DNA of 64,000 bases from Octopus sinensis (Eukaryota), in assembly GCF_006345805.1 (NCBI RefSeq), contig NC_043000.1, forward strand, positions 143,096,001 through 143,160,000, written 5' to 3'. Shown in pieces: positions 40,096 through 53,333 of this stretch. The notes under the pieces are model-generated. The model ran no database searches and was not told the DNA's origin. It saw only the letters and a program-made list of their open reading frames with translations. A program made the translations under genes and the position numbers. Positions within the stretch are counted from its first letter, which is position 1, and every line of letters begins with the position of its first letter.

Positions 40096-40725
40096 TGAAG
40101 TATATTTGCCACCTAAATATGACAGACCCATAGGGGATGATGCTACTATTGTTTATAGCCCCAGGAAGACATCTCCTCCAGCTGGATAATGACACACTGT
40201 CTGTATCTGATTAGTATTTGTGAAGGAAAATCATTGCTCCCATATCTAGCCTTATGTGACACACACATTCTTTCACGATTCCATGTTGCTCTTGCTTACA
40301 TCTCGCTCAGAAATTTAGCATTGTCCCCTATAGGTCCACGACATTTAGGTGGCAAATATACTTCACGATTCCATGCTTTTTTTTTTTACTGTTTACTTTT
40401 TGCTCAGTAATTTATTATTACTTGTTTCTCCCTTTTCAAGATCAGTGACAGTTAGGAAAAAGCATAGAGTATTTTGTATTGGGAATGAGTTCTCATCACT
40501 AACTGGTGATTATCACACACTGATGATGGGTTACAAACTCAGGAACCCAGGTTTGTGTGTATCATTTAAGGTAAGTGATGGAAATGATGATTTCACCTTA
40601 CAAATACTAATCTGACACAGACATTGTGTCATTAGCAAGCTGGAGAAGATATTTTCCTGGGGCTATAAACAACAGTAGCATCATATCCTATGTGTCTGCT
40701 ACATTTAGGTGGCAAAAATACTTCA
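40096..40725. mobile_element. MITE/fold-back with ~130 bp TIRs
   Basis: TGAAGTATATTTGCCACCTAAAT... at left is mirrored by ...ATTTAGGTGGCAAAAATACTTCA at right; flanked by TA runs. Confidence 0.8.
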
Positions 40726-40726
40726 T

Positions 40727-40758
<32 letters not shown>

Positions 40759-41011
40759 ATATATAGTAAGAACACAATACCTATGTAATTCTTAAGTCCA
40801 CCGTTTTTATTAAGTTCTTATTTTTTCTTATTTTGCCACTGATTTTATTCGTCTAGCAAGCTGAATAAATATTTATCCCATATTAACATCTAATCTCATC
40901 AATTTATGAAAAATACAATTGAATTTGTCAATGTTCGTTCTATAACTTAAATCATGTACTTCATATACTTATATCTATCTGTCTATCTATCCATCAATGT
41001 ATCTATCTAGC

Positions 41012-41042
<31 letters not shown>

Positions 41043-41188
41043 ATGCTATCATTTAGTAAATGGAGGCAGTCAGAATTTTGAATAATTTGTTTTATTTAGC
41101 ACTCTCTATCCTTAATTCAGACTTCCACCTTTTCCTTAAAATACAATATCTGTACATTGCTTCAAATACTATGTATATATATATATGT

Positions 41189-41228
<40 letters not shown>

Positions 41229-41237
41229 TATATATAT

Positions 41238-41277
<40 letters not shown>

Positions 41278-41970
41278 AGAGAGAGAGAGGCAGATAGAGA
41301 GATAGATAGATAAATAGATAGATAGACAGGTAGATAGATAGATAATTCAATAAGTGGAAGAAAATTATTTAATCTTTCATTATTTTCCCAGTTTCTATGG
41401 CAATAACAATATATTACACACACACACACACACTAGTAATTTTTTTTTTACCCTGTTACCCTCATCTTTAGCAATAAAACCTTTTCTTAATAGTTTGCAT
41501 CTATTCTCTGTTTCCATCAGTATTGATCTTTGATCTTGATACTTAAGTAGCAGCTGAATGACTTCAGACTACATACCTTTATTCCTAAAGTAAGATTAGT
41601 CTTGCAACAGATACATGTTCATTTAATGGTGCATACTGTTAAGGTGATGTACTAGCTTACTGAATAGCTTTTCAACAAGAGATCTAGGTATTGCTTGTAT
41701 GACTTATATCTTTTCAATGTAATTCTCTATCAATTTACTGAAATTTCATTCCCTAGGTAATTTATGATTTCCCTTTTCATATCTGAATGTTCAGCCATTC
41801 CTGATTCAGAAACATCTCTACTTTTAGGGTTTTTTAGTATTCCTCTATTCTGAACATGAAGGGCCTCTTGGTTCCTCTACTTCATAAGAATTAAATGATT
41901 TAAATGCTGTTCTTATGTTCTAGCCATTCTTACATTTTAGTTTAATTTTAATGAGGTATCTGTAATGTGT

Positions 41971-42193
41971 GGCAGAGAACTGGCAGAATCGTTAGCATGC
42001 TGGGCGAAATGCTCAACGGTATTTCGCCTGTTCTGAGTTCAAATTCCGCCGAGGTCGACTTTGCCTTTCATCCTTTCGGGATCGATTAAATAAGTACCAG
42101 TTATGCACTGGGGTTGATACATTTGACGTAATCCATTTGTCTGTCCTTGTTTGTCTTCCCTGTGTTCAGCTCCTTGTAGGTAGTAAAGAAATA
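41971..42193 (+). mobile_element. SINE family B with perfect TSD
   Basis: AGGTATCTGTAATGTGTGG at 41954-41972 and 42193-42211. Confidence 0.9.
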
Positions 42194-42693
42194 GGTATCT
42201 GTAATGTGTGGTGTTGCATTTAAGTATGACTCTGATATTATATATGCTGAACATTGTTTGAATTTCTTAAACAATCAGGTGCAAATGTGGATCTGTGCTA
42301 AGAAATTTGCTTTCCAGCCACATGGTTTTAGGTTCAATTTCACTGTATAGCATCCTGGGCAAATGTCTCATGTTATAGACCCAAGTTGTAGATGAATTTG
42401 ACAGTCAGAAACTTGTAGAAGCCTGTCAAATATGTAAGTGTGTGTGTGCATATTGCCATCTGACCCAGGTGAACATGGAAAACTGTATGTTGAAGCAATG
42501 ATGAATTGCATTTTCGTAGACACAGTCATTTTATTTCATCACTACTATGTTTTAGAGAATTGATACTTAGATATTTGCTATTCAACACTGTTTTTTCTGA
42601 TAATTTACTTCTTCAGCCTGAGCTAAAACATGACTCCTACAAGCATTTGACAATTGTTATTTTTATCACTGTACAAATGGTAAAAATTATTGT

Positions 42694-43146
42694 TTAACCC
42701 TTTCGTTACCAGCCCGACTGAAACCGGCTCTGGCTCTGTAGTACAAATGTCTTGTTTTCATAAGTTTTGAATTAAAATCTTCCACCAAACCTTAGTCACA
42801 ATTTATGTTCCTAACACTAGCTTAATGATAACTGAGTTATTTTACTAAATTCTTTGTTATATTTAAAGTAATTGAAAGAAACTCAGAGCATCTCAAAATA
42901 AATACCGTAATGAAAGGGTTAACCCACTAGCATTTAAACTGGCCACATCCAGCCTGAATATTTTACCTGTTTTTCATTGAAACTAGCTAGATCTGGCCTC
43001 TCATACCTACTCTGCAATGTCCTTCTAAAAATAAATAAGCACATCATTGAAATGTTGAAGCTATGGTATAATGCATGAAAAATTCAAAAGAATGCAAATA
43101 AATAAGCATTACATTTGAGAAAATAATCTGAACAAAAAAGGGTTTA
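42694..43146. mobile_element. piggyBac-type MITE heterodimer P1+P2
   Basis: P1 (42694-42922) and P2 (42919-43146) share the TTAA at 42919. Confidence 0.85.
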
Positions 43147-44238
43147 GTAGAATCTGATATCAGTAATTTTTGGTACACTGAAGTGATTTAAGCTACAGCC
43201 CTTGTCATAACTGCACCAAAGAATGGCATTTGGTTGTTCCAGTATAAACTGAATTGATGTATGTTGTGAGTTCATGTTATCTGAATGAACTTAAACACCA
43301 GCGTGGGCTTATGCAACACTATCATTCATGTATCTTCACCAAGCAATGAATTTCAGGGTTAAAATTTATAGAGCTAAGTCTTTGAAGTTTTCTATGAAGA
43401 TGTTTGCCATTACTGGTGAAGCCATAATCTGAAGTCATAGATGTCCCTTTCAAGTGTTGGTAACTTTCATTATCAATTTGAAAATTATTTGTTCTTAGCC
43501 AGAAACATTATCTGGAGGTAACTACCAGTATATCTATATATAATATTGTTAATCAAGTTTTAAATTCAGAAACATCTATCAAAGACAGATGCTAGAATTG
43601 TAACACCGGTTGTGTTGAAAACCAAATATTCAAAATTCTGAGTAGCAACAAAAAGCAATTCCACTTTCAAATAATGGTATACTCTCCATTGTCCGTATTT
43701 CCAGTGGTTTGCAAATTACTCCCACCACACTCATATATAAATATCTATATAAATATTTGCACACACATGTGTGTGTGCATGTGTGTACATTCACACACAT
43801 ATGGCCGAGTGGACAAATGAAAGAAAAAGCACTCAGCACATTTAATAGAAGTTACTTATATCATTGTTTAAAGCAATTTGATTTGGCTACCTGAGCCAAT
43901 AAACTATGTTACTGTAAGATGCCTATGAAACTCTAAGTCGCATGGGGATAATTAAACTGTATTAAATAATAATAACGATGATAATAATAATAATAATAAT
44001 AAAAACAATACACACATGCACATGCACACACACACACACAGACAAGTATGTGTGTATATATATATATATGTTAGAAGGTTTGGAGGTGATGTACAGGCAT
44101 TATATATTAGAAAAGATAAGAAAATCTGAAGAATCTACTTGAGTAGATGCAAGCGCTAATATATGAGATTTAAAAACATGTGACATATTAATAAAAATCT
44201 GTAAATGTACAACCATCCAGATTTCTGAGTACCTTAGT

Positions 44239-44313
<75 letters not shown>

Positions 44314-45262
44314 AAATATGCTGCAAAAGCTCTCTCCTGCTCTCTCACTAACTCTGCCTTTCTCTCAATTCACCTGTACCCTTATCATCTCTCCCTTCCC
44401 ATGAAGTATAACAAGGCATTCTTCTACCTGTTTTGCAGGCTATGCGTTCCTTTTTAAATTGATTGTTCAACTGGTCAATCGTTTCATTTTTGCTGTTGTT
44501 TCCCTGCTCCTGGTTTGTTTAATATTTAAAATATTTTAATCAATGCAAAAGTATACATCACCTCTCTGATTAGAGTTATTTATGACAGCTCATCTTAATT
44601 TTATCAAAAGACACGATGTTTATGCATATTTCATTGTGTTATTTTGTATTCTCCTTTTCACAGTTTTTGTCTGTTTCATTTCATTTTTTGTCTTCCATAC
44701 AACTCATAGTTATTTACGCTTGTCTCTGTTTGTTTTATTTTTCTATCCTTGTTTGTTTATCACGCCAATAAACCAGATGTAGCAGTTGCTGCCCTCCAAC
44801 TATAAGGATTAAACCTATACTTTTCCACTCAGTAATGGTCAATGACTGTTAATTTACCTTTTCTCACCAGGATACCACATAAAATGCATCCTGTACACTC
44901 TGTAAATTTGTTTACATCAGGAAGGGCATCCAGCTGTAGAAAGCATGCTAAAAGTGACAGCAGAGATTGGTAGGCTTCTGACTTGACAGTTCATGCGAAA
45001 TTGTCCATGCTAGCATGGAAAGTGGACGTAAAATAATGATGCCTTTGTGTTTGTTCCAAGTCACAACATGGCAATTGGTGTACATTCGTTTACATCCCCA
45101 TTACTTAACAGCTTGGCATAAGAGGGTGAGAGGTTTATAAAAGTTAAAGGGGTTCGTTAATTCAACTGAAACCCTTCAAGGCAGTGCATCAGAAAGGTCA
45201 CAGTCCAGTGACTGAATCAAGTGAAATGTAAAATATACATTCATACACACACTCATGCACAT

Positions 45263-45325
<63 letters not shown>

Positions 45326-45425
45326 TATATATGTAAGAAGTGAGGGGGAGAGAGATGTATAATAACATACATACATACACACACACACACATGTATACAT
45401 ACTTGTATATTTCAATTTCTCTCTG

Positions 45426-45488
<63 letters not shown>

Positions 45489-45609
45489 GCATACACCCCC
45501 CCCACACACACACATACGCATACACTTTATATATATAATTTTGTTTCCATACACAGGTGTGCATATATGTGTAGGAACATATATATATACATGTCTATTT
45601 CTATATCTA

Positions 45610-45646
<37 letters not shown>

Positions 45647-46299
45647 TCATGTAAATAAGTACATACACATACTGACATGCACACACAATGATGTGTGTGT
45701 ATCGCTTGTGAATATATATCGCAGATGTTGTTAGGTGTTCTATCGATTACTTTCTGACAAGCCCTATGGTGAACACACACAACCACACACACACACACAC
45801 ACACACTTATATATGATATATATAAAATGAAAAAAATATATAAACATAGCAATGTGAAAATAAATAATATATCGAATGAATATCGACTCGATCAACTGCT
45901 CTCTTACCTCACACAGAAACACACATATTCTTCATACACCTACCTGACACTTTCAAATATACATACATATCCACAGACCTACATATGCACATGTCTTTTT
46001 TTTTTTACCATTTAAAAAAAAAAAAAAAAGTGATAAAAAGATTATCATAAAAGGTGCATTTGAGTATAAAGGGGTGGATGAGTTTAGAAGCTATTCCGTG
46101 AATGTTTGGTATGGAAGATGCTGGTTGAATCGGATAACGCAACTGAAATCATTGAAAAGGGATATAGATGCATTAAGAATCAGTATTGAATTGTGCCTTT
46201 CCATTGACTATAGTTTATGCTTTTTTATTTTTTTTGCTGTTTTTTTTTTTTTTTAGATTTGGTTTGTTTTATTATTTTACGTGTGGTGAGTGTTTTTTT

Positions 46300-46620
46300 T
46301 TTTATTTTCCCTCTCCATGCAGGAACATTTCCGCAGACCATCCTTGCTTCCTCGTTCCGTTGCCTTCATCTTTTTAAAATTCCAATTTCTCTTGCATTCC
46401 CCATTCTTCAATGACATTATCGGCCTTTTATGAAAGCAATAAATTGCGACGGATTTCTGTAAGTTGCTTTTACCATTGAGATTTACGAAGAGGGTAGTTG
46501 AATGATTGGCGGCGGCGGCGGCAGCGGCGGCGGTGGCAGTGGCGGTGGTGTTTATTGTTGATGTTACTGCTGGAGGTGCCGGCAGCGCAAGTGGTGACGT
46601 AACTTTTGGAGATGGGGAAG
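46300..46620. promoter_or_regulatory. CpG-retaining unique segment, possible promoter or 5' UTR
   Basis: About 18 CpG in 46321-46620 (half in a GGC run) in a CpG-poor window; ATTGG at 46505, TGACGTAA near 46595; non-coding exon-like 46323-46458. Confidence 0.3.
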
Positions 46621-46849
46621 AAAAAAAAATGTAGAAGAGAAGTGTAGAAAAAAAAAACTAGTGGTAGCTGCTGCTGTTGCTACCACTGCAGCTGCTGCTG
46701 CTGTTGCTACCACTGCTGCTGCTGCTGCTACTTTTATTGCTAAGTCCCAAATCAGCATTTATCAAGGTGAGGCCTATGATTAAAGGCATTCCAGCCAGGA
46801 CTATCACACCTCATGTTTTTGTGAGGAGGGAACTCAGAGCTACATACCC

Positions 46850-47228
46850 TTTTACTCTTTTACTCTTTTACTTGTTTCCGTCATTTGACTGAGGCCAAGC
46901 TGGAGCACCACCTTCATAGTCGAGCAAATCGACCCCAGAGCTTATTCTTTGTAAGCCTAGTACTCATTCTATCGGTCTCTTTTCCCGAACTGCTAAGTTA
47001 TGGGGACGTAAACACACCAGCATCGGTTGTCAAGTGATGCTGGGGGGACAAACAGACACAAACATACACACACACACACATATACATACATATATATATA
47101 TATATATATATGACAGGCTTCTTCCAGTTTCCATGTACCAAATCCACTCATAAGGCTTTGGTTGACCCGGGGCTATAGTCGAAGACACTTGCCCAAGGTG
47201 CCACACAGTGGGACTGAACCGGGACATA
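46850..47228 (-). mobile_element. SINE family A (head clipped)
   Basis: Family A sequence. Confidence 0.88.
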
Positions 47229-47624
47229 GTTCATTATTCAAGAATATCATATATTCTTTTTTTAAAAAAAGGGTAGAGAGTGATCTTGGCTGCATTTTCA
47301 TCATATTGAGGGACCCATAGGATGTCATTTTGTGTGGTGGTCACGGAAGTTGTAGGATGTCTATAACCTTTAAGGGTGAATGAGAACCAGGAGAAAGAAA
47401 TGTGAAAATGGTGAATTTGTTGTTTTTGTTGTTGTGTATCACCCAAGTTAACCAACACCCTGTCAGTCTGTGATGTAAATCATTCCAGCTGTAGTCATAT
47501 TTTTTCCAGACTGAGTATTAAGAATTGATTTGTATAATATGTCCTTCATCTTACAAATGGACAAGGTGTGTCTTGAAGAAGATTTGGTAGTTCTTTCTGG
47601 CAGATGCTTACCTTATTGTTTGGT

Positions 47625-47890
47625 ACGTAAAAAGCACCAACCAATCATGGCTGCTGCCAGCCTCCCCTGGCATCTGTGCCGGTGGCACTTAAAAAGCAGC
47701 CACTACACTCACGGAGTGGTTGGCATTAGGAAGGGCATCCAGCTGTACAAACACTGCCCAATCAGACTGGAGCCTGGTGCAGCCTCCTGGCTTCCCAGAC
47801 CCCAGTCAAACCATCCAACCCATGCTAGCACAGAAAAGAGATGTTAAATGAAGCTGCTGCTGCTGCTGCTGATGATGATGATGATGAAGT
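47625..47890 (+). mobile_element. SINE family C
   Basis: Family C body; tail changed to (GCT)n(GAT)n. Confidence 0.8.
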
Positions 47891-48043
47891 TGTTGATAGC
47901 AGCTCTTGTGGTGGGAAAATAGAGATAGTGGCTATAGTGACAGCTTTTGGAGGTGGGCAATGAAGCAGAGAATAGAAAATATTGTTTGTTAGCCCTAGGT
48001 CAGTCCTGCTATGGTGCAAACTGTTCCAGTTAATGCTGCTTAG

Positions 48044-48441
48044 CTTACTCTTTTACTCTTTTACTTGCTTCAGTCATTTGACTGTGGCCATGCTGGAGCA
48101 CTGCCTTTAATCGAGCAACTCGACCCCGGGACTTATTCTTTGTAAGCCCAGTACTTATTCTATCGGTCTCTTTTGCCGAACTGCTAAGTGACGGGGATGT
48201 AAACACACCAGCATCGGTTGTCAAGCAATGCTAGGGGGACAAACACACAAACACTCACACACATATATATATATACATATATGCGACAGGCTTCTTTCAG
48301 TTTCCGTCTACCAAATCCACTCACAAGGCATTGGTCGGACCGAGGCTATAGCAGAAGACACTTGCCCAAGGTGCCACGCAGTGGGACTGAACCTGGAACC
48401 ATGTGGTTGGTAAGCAAGCTACTTACCACACAGCCACTCCT
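48044..48441 (-). mobile_element. SINE family A
   Basis: Full-length. Confidence 0.92.
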
Positions 48442-48679
48442 TTGTAAAACATTAACCACTGTCTCCTTCCGTTTTCACAAGATGGTAGGACAGGACATTT
48501 GGATTCTATTTTTAACAAGTTGATCAACCAACCAAGGGTCTCATGATACCTGGGTAATGGTGCAATGGTGTCAGCATTGGTAGTTGACAGAGAAGAAAGA
48601 GAATGAGGACTTGAGGAAGAAGATGGAACACAATGTGGAAGAAAGGAAGAACGGAGGGTAAGTGGTTGTAGTGGCATTA

Positions 48680-48997
48680 ATTGTATTAGTAGTAGTAGTA
48701 GTAATAGTTGTTGTGAGAGATGTTGTGATGTCTAAACTATTTAGTAGTGGTGGTGGTAGTGGTGGTAGTCATGGTAGTTAGTTTAATAAGAGATGAAGGA
48801 GAAAAAATAAAAGTGAGGATAGTGTTGCTGATGTGACAGTGAAGGTGATGGTGGATGTGGTAGGGAAAGTGATGTTGGAAACGCAGTATGGAATTAGTGA
48901 CTAGGATGCTGATGACAGTGCTGCCAATACTAAAAGTAGTAGCATCAACACCAGTAGTAGTAGTAGTAGTATTAGTAATAGCAGCAGCAGCAGCACC

Positions 48998-49031
<34 letters not shown>

Positions 49032-49083
49032 ACAGCAGCAGCAGCAGCAGTAGTAGTATTAGTAGTAGTAGTAGTAGTAGTAA

Positions 49084-49116
<33 letters not shown>

Positions 49117-49408
49117 GAGGAGCAACAGTAGTAGTAGCAGTAGTAGTAGTAGTAGTAGTAGCAGCAGCAGCAGCAGCAGTGCAGCAAAAGTAGTAGTAGT
49201 AGTAGGCAGTAGCAACAGTAGTAGTAGTAGTAGTAGTAGTAGTAGCAACAGCAGTAATAGTATTGTAGTAGTAATAGTAGTTGTAGTTGCAGTGGTTAGC
49301 AGTAGTAGCAGTAATAGTATTAATGATGGAGATTGTCTTGTTAGTATAAGTAGTATCTGTGATAGTGCTGCAAGTGGTATCAGAAGCAGCAGCAGCGACA
49401 TCAGCAAC

Positions 49409-49460
<52 letters not shown>

Positions 49461-50105
49461 ATGTGTGTGTGTATGTGTGTGTAATGAACATGTTTGCAGT
49501 TGTGAAGATGCTCATGCTGTCATGACAGTGATTGTTATATTAGTCTTCTGCCAATATTGATTCTCATGCTGCTGCTGCTGCTGCTGACGATGAAGATGGG
49601 GAAGAATGTCTCTTGGTTATGTTCATAGTGATGGCAGTTTTATTTTTTTAACGGTTATTAATATCCATGATGGCTATGTCAAATTTTTTGGTCTTCTCTT
49701 TTTGCTTTGTGAAGATGCAAGTAGTAGTAGTAGTAGTAGGTGTTGTGGTGGTGGTGATGGTGTGGGGTTGTAGTGGTGGTCTTCATTATCATGATAATAG
49801 TAGAAGTTATGGTGGTATTGGTGGTTGTGGCAGTTGTGGTGGTTTTGGTGGCGGTGGTGGTGACAGTGATAGTAGTGGCTTTAGTGGTGCTGGTGATCAC
49901 AGTAGTAGTAATAGTAGTAGTAGTAGTAGTAGTAGAATTAGTAGTAGTAGTAGTAGTAGTGGTGGCAGTGGCGTGGAGTGGTAGTGGCGGTGGTGTGGAG
50001 TGGTAGTGGTGGTCCTCATTATCATCATAATAATAGTAGTTATGGCGGTTGTGGTGGTGGTGGTGGTGGCAGTGATAGCGATGGGCTGTGGTTATGGTGG
50101 TGATC

Positions 50106-50139
<34 letters not shown>

Positions 50140-50355
50140 CGGTGGTGGTGGTGGTGGTAGTAGTAGTAGTAGTGGGGGGGCAGTATCGGTGATTTTTACA
50201 GCTTAAGAAAGTATAAGTGAAGCTAATAAGGACGGATTATTGAATATTAGAAACAAAGTGGATTGCTGGAAGCATTAGAAGAACTAGAAGCCAAAACAAC
50301 AACAACAACAACAACAACAGCAACAGCAACACCAGCAACAACACCAGCAATAACA
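48680..50355. repeat. Compound trinucleotide low-complexity domain (AGT/AGC/GGT/AAC)n
   Basis: Directly visible; yields homopolymer pseudo-ORFs. Confidence 0.95.
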
Positions 50356-50703
50356 ACAACAAAAAGGTAAATAAATAAAGTTGAGGGTAGAATTAATGGG
50401 AACGCATTTGGAGAGAAAAAGGAAAATGTGGGAGTAAAGAAAAGAAACAATTATGATTTCCGCTGAATTTCTTGGGCTTAATTGATGCGAATAACAGGGA
50501 AGGAAATATGTCTTTTCCTATCATTGCAAAAATTGAAGAATAATGGGCGTGGGAGGGGAGGAGGGGAGGAGGGAGGAGGAAAAGAGAGAGGCTGAAAAAT
50601 GTTGCATGGGAGGGAGAGTTTGAGGAATAAAAAAGTATGCGGTAAGAATGGGAAAGCTTGTTGAAATTAAGCCATGACTGTAGTCAAAAGACACTGTTTG
50701 AAT

Positions 50704-50704
<1 letters not shown>

Positions 50705-50738
<34 letters not shown>

Positions 50739-51560
50739 GACAGACAGAAACAGACAGACAGAAAGCAAGTCAGGGAGGCACAGACAGAAAGATGGACAGC
50801 AGGTGTGAGAGCATGCATGAGAGAGAGAGAGAGAGAAAGACAGATAGACAGAAAGATAGACAAGAGAGGCAGAGGTAGAGAGGGAGGGATAGAGAGAGAG
50901 AGGTAGAGAGGGAGAGCTAGAAAGAGGGGTAGAGAGAGAAGTTGAGAGGGAGGATTAGAGAGGTTGAGAGGGAGGGGTAGAGAGAGGTAGAGCGGGAGGG
51001 GTAAAGAGAGAGGTTGAGAGGGTGGGGTAGAGAGAGAGGTTGAGAGGGAGGGGTAGAGAGAGAGGAAGAGCGGTAAAGAAAGTGGGACGGAGAGAACAAG
51101 AGAAGTAAGGGGAAAAGTGAGAGTAAGGAAAAGAGAGAGAGGGAGAGCAAAAGAGGTATAGATAGAGGAAGAAAGAGAGAGAGAGGGAGAGCAAAAGAGG
51201 TATAGATAGAGGAAGAAAGAGGGAGAGAGAGGGGAAGAGCAAAAGAGGTATAGATAGAGGAAGAAAGAGAGAGAGAGGGGAGAGCAAAAGAGGTATAGAT
51301 AGAGGAAGAAAGAGAGAGAGAGAGGGGGAGAGCTAGAGGTATAGATAGAGGAAAAAAGAGGAAGAGAGAGGGGGAGAGCAAAAGAGGTATAGATAGAGGA
51401 AAAAAGAGGGAGGGCTAGAGGTATAGATAGAGGAAGAAAGAGAGTAAGAGAGAGGGAAGTAGGCTCAGACAGAAAGATATGCAGAAGGTACAAGAGAATG
51501 CACAAGAGAGAGAAAGACAGACAGAAAGAAGACAGAGAGAAAGAGAGAGAGAGGGGGGGA
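50705..51560. repeat. Polypurine tract with two minisatellites (~26 bp x ~5; ~45 bp x 7)
   Basis: GTTGAGAGGGAGGGGTAGAGAGAGAG units at 50940-51065; GAGGTATAGATAGAGGA core seven times in 51150-51435. Confidence 0.9.
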
Positions 51561-52249
51561 GAATTTTTAAAATTGGTTTAGTGTATCTTGTTTTGTGTTT
51601 TGGGCAAGCTCAAAAATAAAAGAGACATCTTACTATGATTACTGAGATGTTAAATTCCTTGGAGTGAACAAAGAGATATTCAAAATTCAAGGACATATGT
51701 TGAATGGGGACTAAAGACAAGTAATGTTACATGACTGGACAAGGGGGAGATGGGGAAGATTTCTAAGGTAGAGCAGTGAGGAAAAAAAAAAAATATAAAT
51801 AAAGAAAACAAGAGTGGAAAAGGAGGAAAATGCAATGAACAATGGAGAGAAAAAAAATGGAAAATATTTGAACAAAATATGTGAATGGCAGTGTAATTAG
51901 AAATAGTAGAGATATTTAAAAAATAAAAAAATAAATTTTAATATTTGATTTTAGAATTGACGAGGCTCCATTTTGTCCACGTCTTGCTTTTATCATAAGG
52001 GTAGCTGTATGTTATTTCTCAACTTGCTAGAAATAGCAGCTAAATATTTCTCAACTGCACCTTGTTCATGTCTTGTTTGCGTCACGTGAGGATCTCTTCA
52101 GCTATTCCTTGGCCTAATAGGAATAACAGTTAAATTTCTCAGCATCTTACCATATTAAAAATTTAGATAGACACATTAAATCAAAATAAATAGTCCTAGA
52201 TATCTCTAAAATGATGTAATGCCTTTGGTTAAAAATCTTCTTAAGCATG

Positions 52250-52430
52250 ACCACTACACTCTCAGAGTGTTTGGTGTTAGGAAGGGCATCCAGCTGTAGA
52301 AACATTGCCAGATCAGATTGGAGCCTGGTGCAGCCTTCTGGCTCACCAGCCCTCAGTCAAACCATCCAACCCATGCCAGCATGGAAAGCGGACGTTAAAC
52401 GACGAGGATAATGATGATGGTGATGATGAC
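52250..52430 (+). mobile_element. SINE family C (5'-truncated)
   Basis: Family C body; followed by a P1 MITE fragment at 52440-52580. Confidence 0.85.
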
Positions 52431-53333
52431 AATGATGAACTTAGTTATCCTCATCATCATGACGATGATTACTAAGCTAGTGTTAGGAACATAAATTTTG
52501 ACTAAAGTTTGGTAGAAGATTTTTATTCAAAGCTTATGAAAACAAGATATTGGTACTACAGAATCAAAGGTGGTTTCAGCTTCTAGAATCACTATGCCTT
52601 AAAGGAAAGCAACATGATTGGTCATGGAAGTAATGAAGTTTCTCATGAGTTTGCTTGATCAAGGTTTGCCTGGGCCTTAATAATAAAATATCTACTTTAT
52701 AAATCAACGAAATGCATGCTATTCCTATTTCAGGATTTCTTTCTCAATTCTTTCTCACTTTTTCCCACACCATCTCTCTATCTCTCAATCTTACCCCATT
52801 TCTCAGATTGAATGTCTCAAAACATTTTTTCATGAAAAACTACAATGTTATCTTTCAGAACATGTCTTGTTGTGCTTGTTGCCTGACAAACATATATTTT
52901 AATTCACAAACTACACTATAATATTTCTAAGTGAAGGAGCAGTTACCCAAACTGTTACTCAATCAGCTTAAAACATTCACCAAATTATCCTTAAAATTAC
53001 AGTGTACTGTCTAAAAAATAAAAAAAGGACATCCTGTACAATGCTGTTCCAGGTATACAAAAAGTCAGGATAATCATTGCTAGATTGCTTTAAATCATAG
53101 GTATGCTCAGAAATGATCTGAGGCTGTATGCTTTGAACTAATGAGGGTTGTTCCATCTGCTAATAATAGCAATGAAGTCTCCCTCAAATCACAGCATGTC
53201 ATAGTAGAAAAAGAAAGGGGAAAACCAGGTAATTTAGCCCAGGACAAATGTTGCTGGAAAGACACAGTATGAGACAGCAATAATTATAATCCTTTTCATG
53301 AGGGCCAAGGTCCCTAAATAACTACTACATAGA

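Larger units (their letters stand above)
41550..43560 (-). mobile_element. Penelope-like element ORF fossil (RT plus probable GIY-YIG endonuclease), fragmented by later insertions
   Basis: TNNFQIDNESYQHLKGTSM..SPVMANIFIENF (RT motif B), W*RYMND (RYVDD), MNSQHTSIQFILE, SVYQK, VIKITIVKCL; SGMAEH near 41790 (endonuclease-like, weaker). Confidence 0.75.

Noticed and set aside
48888-51505. Long ORFs of 100-273 aa (poly-L/V/S, LPLSIP repeats)
   Set aside because: They are translations of trinucleotide and GA-rich repeats that lack stops by composition; no splice or domain support.
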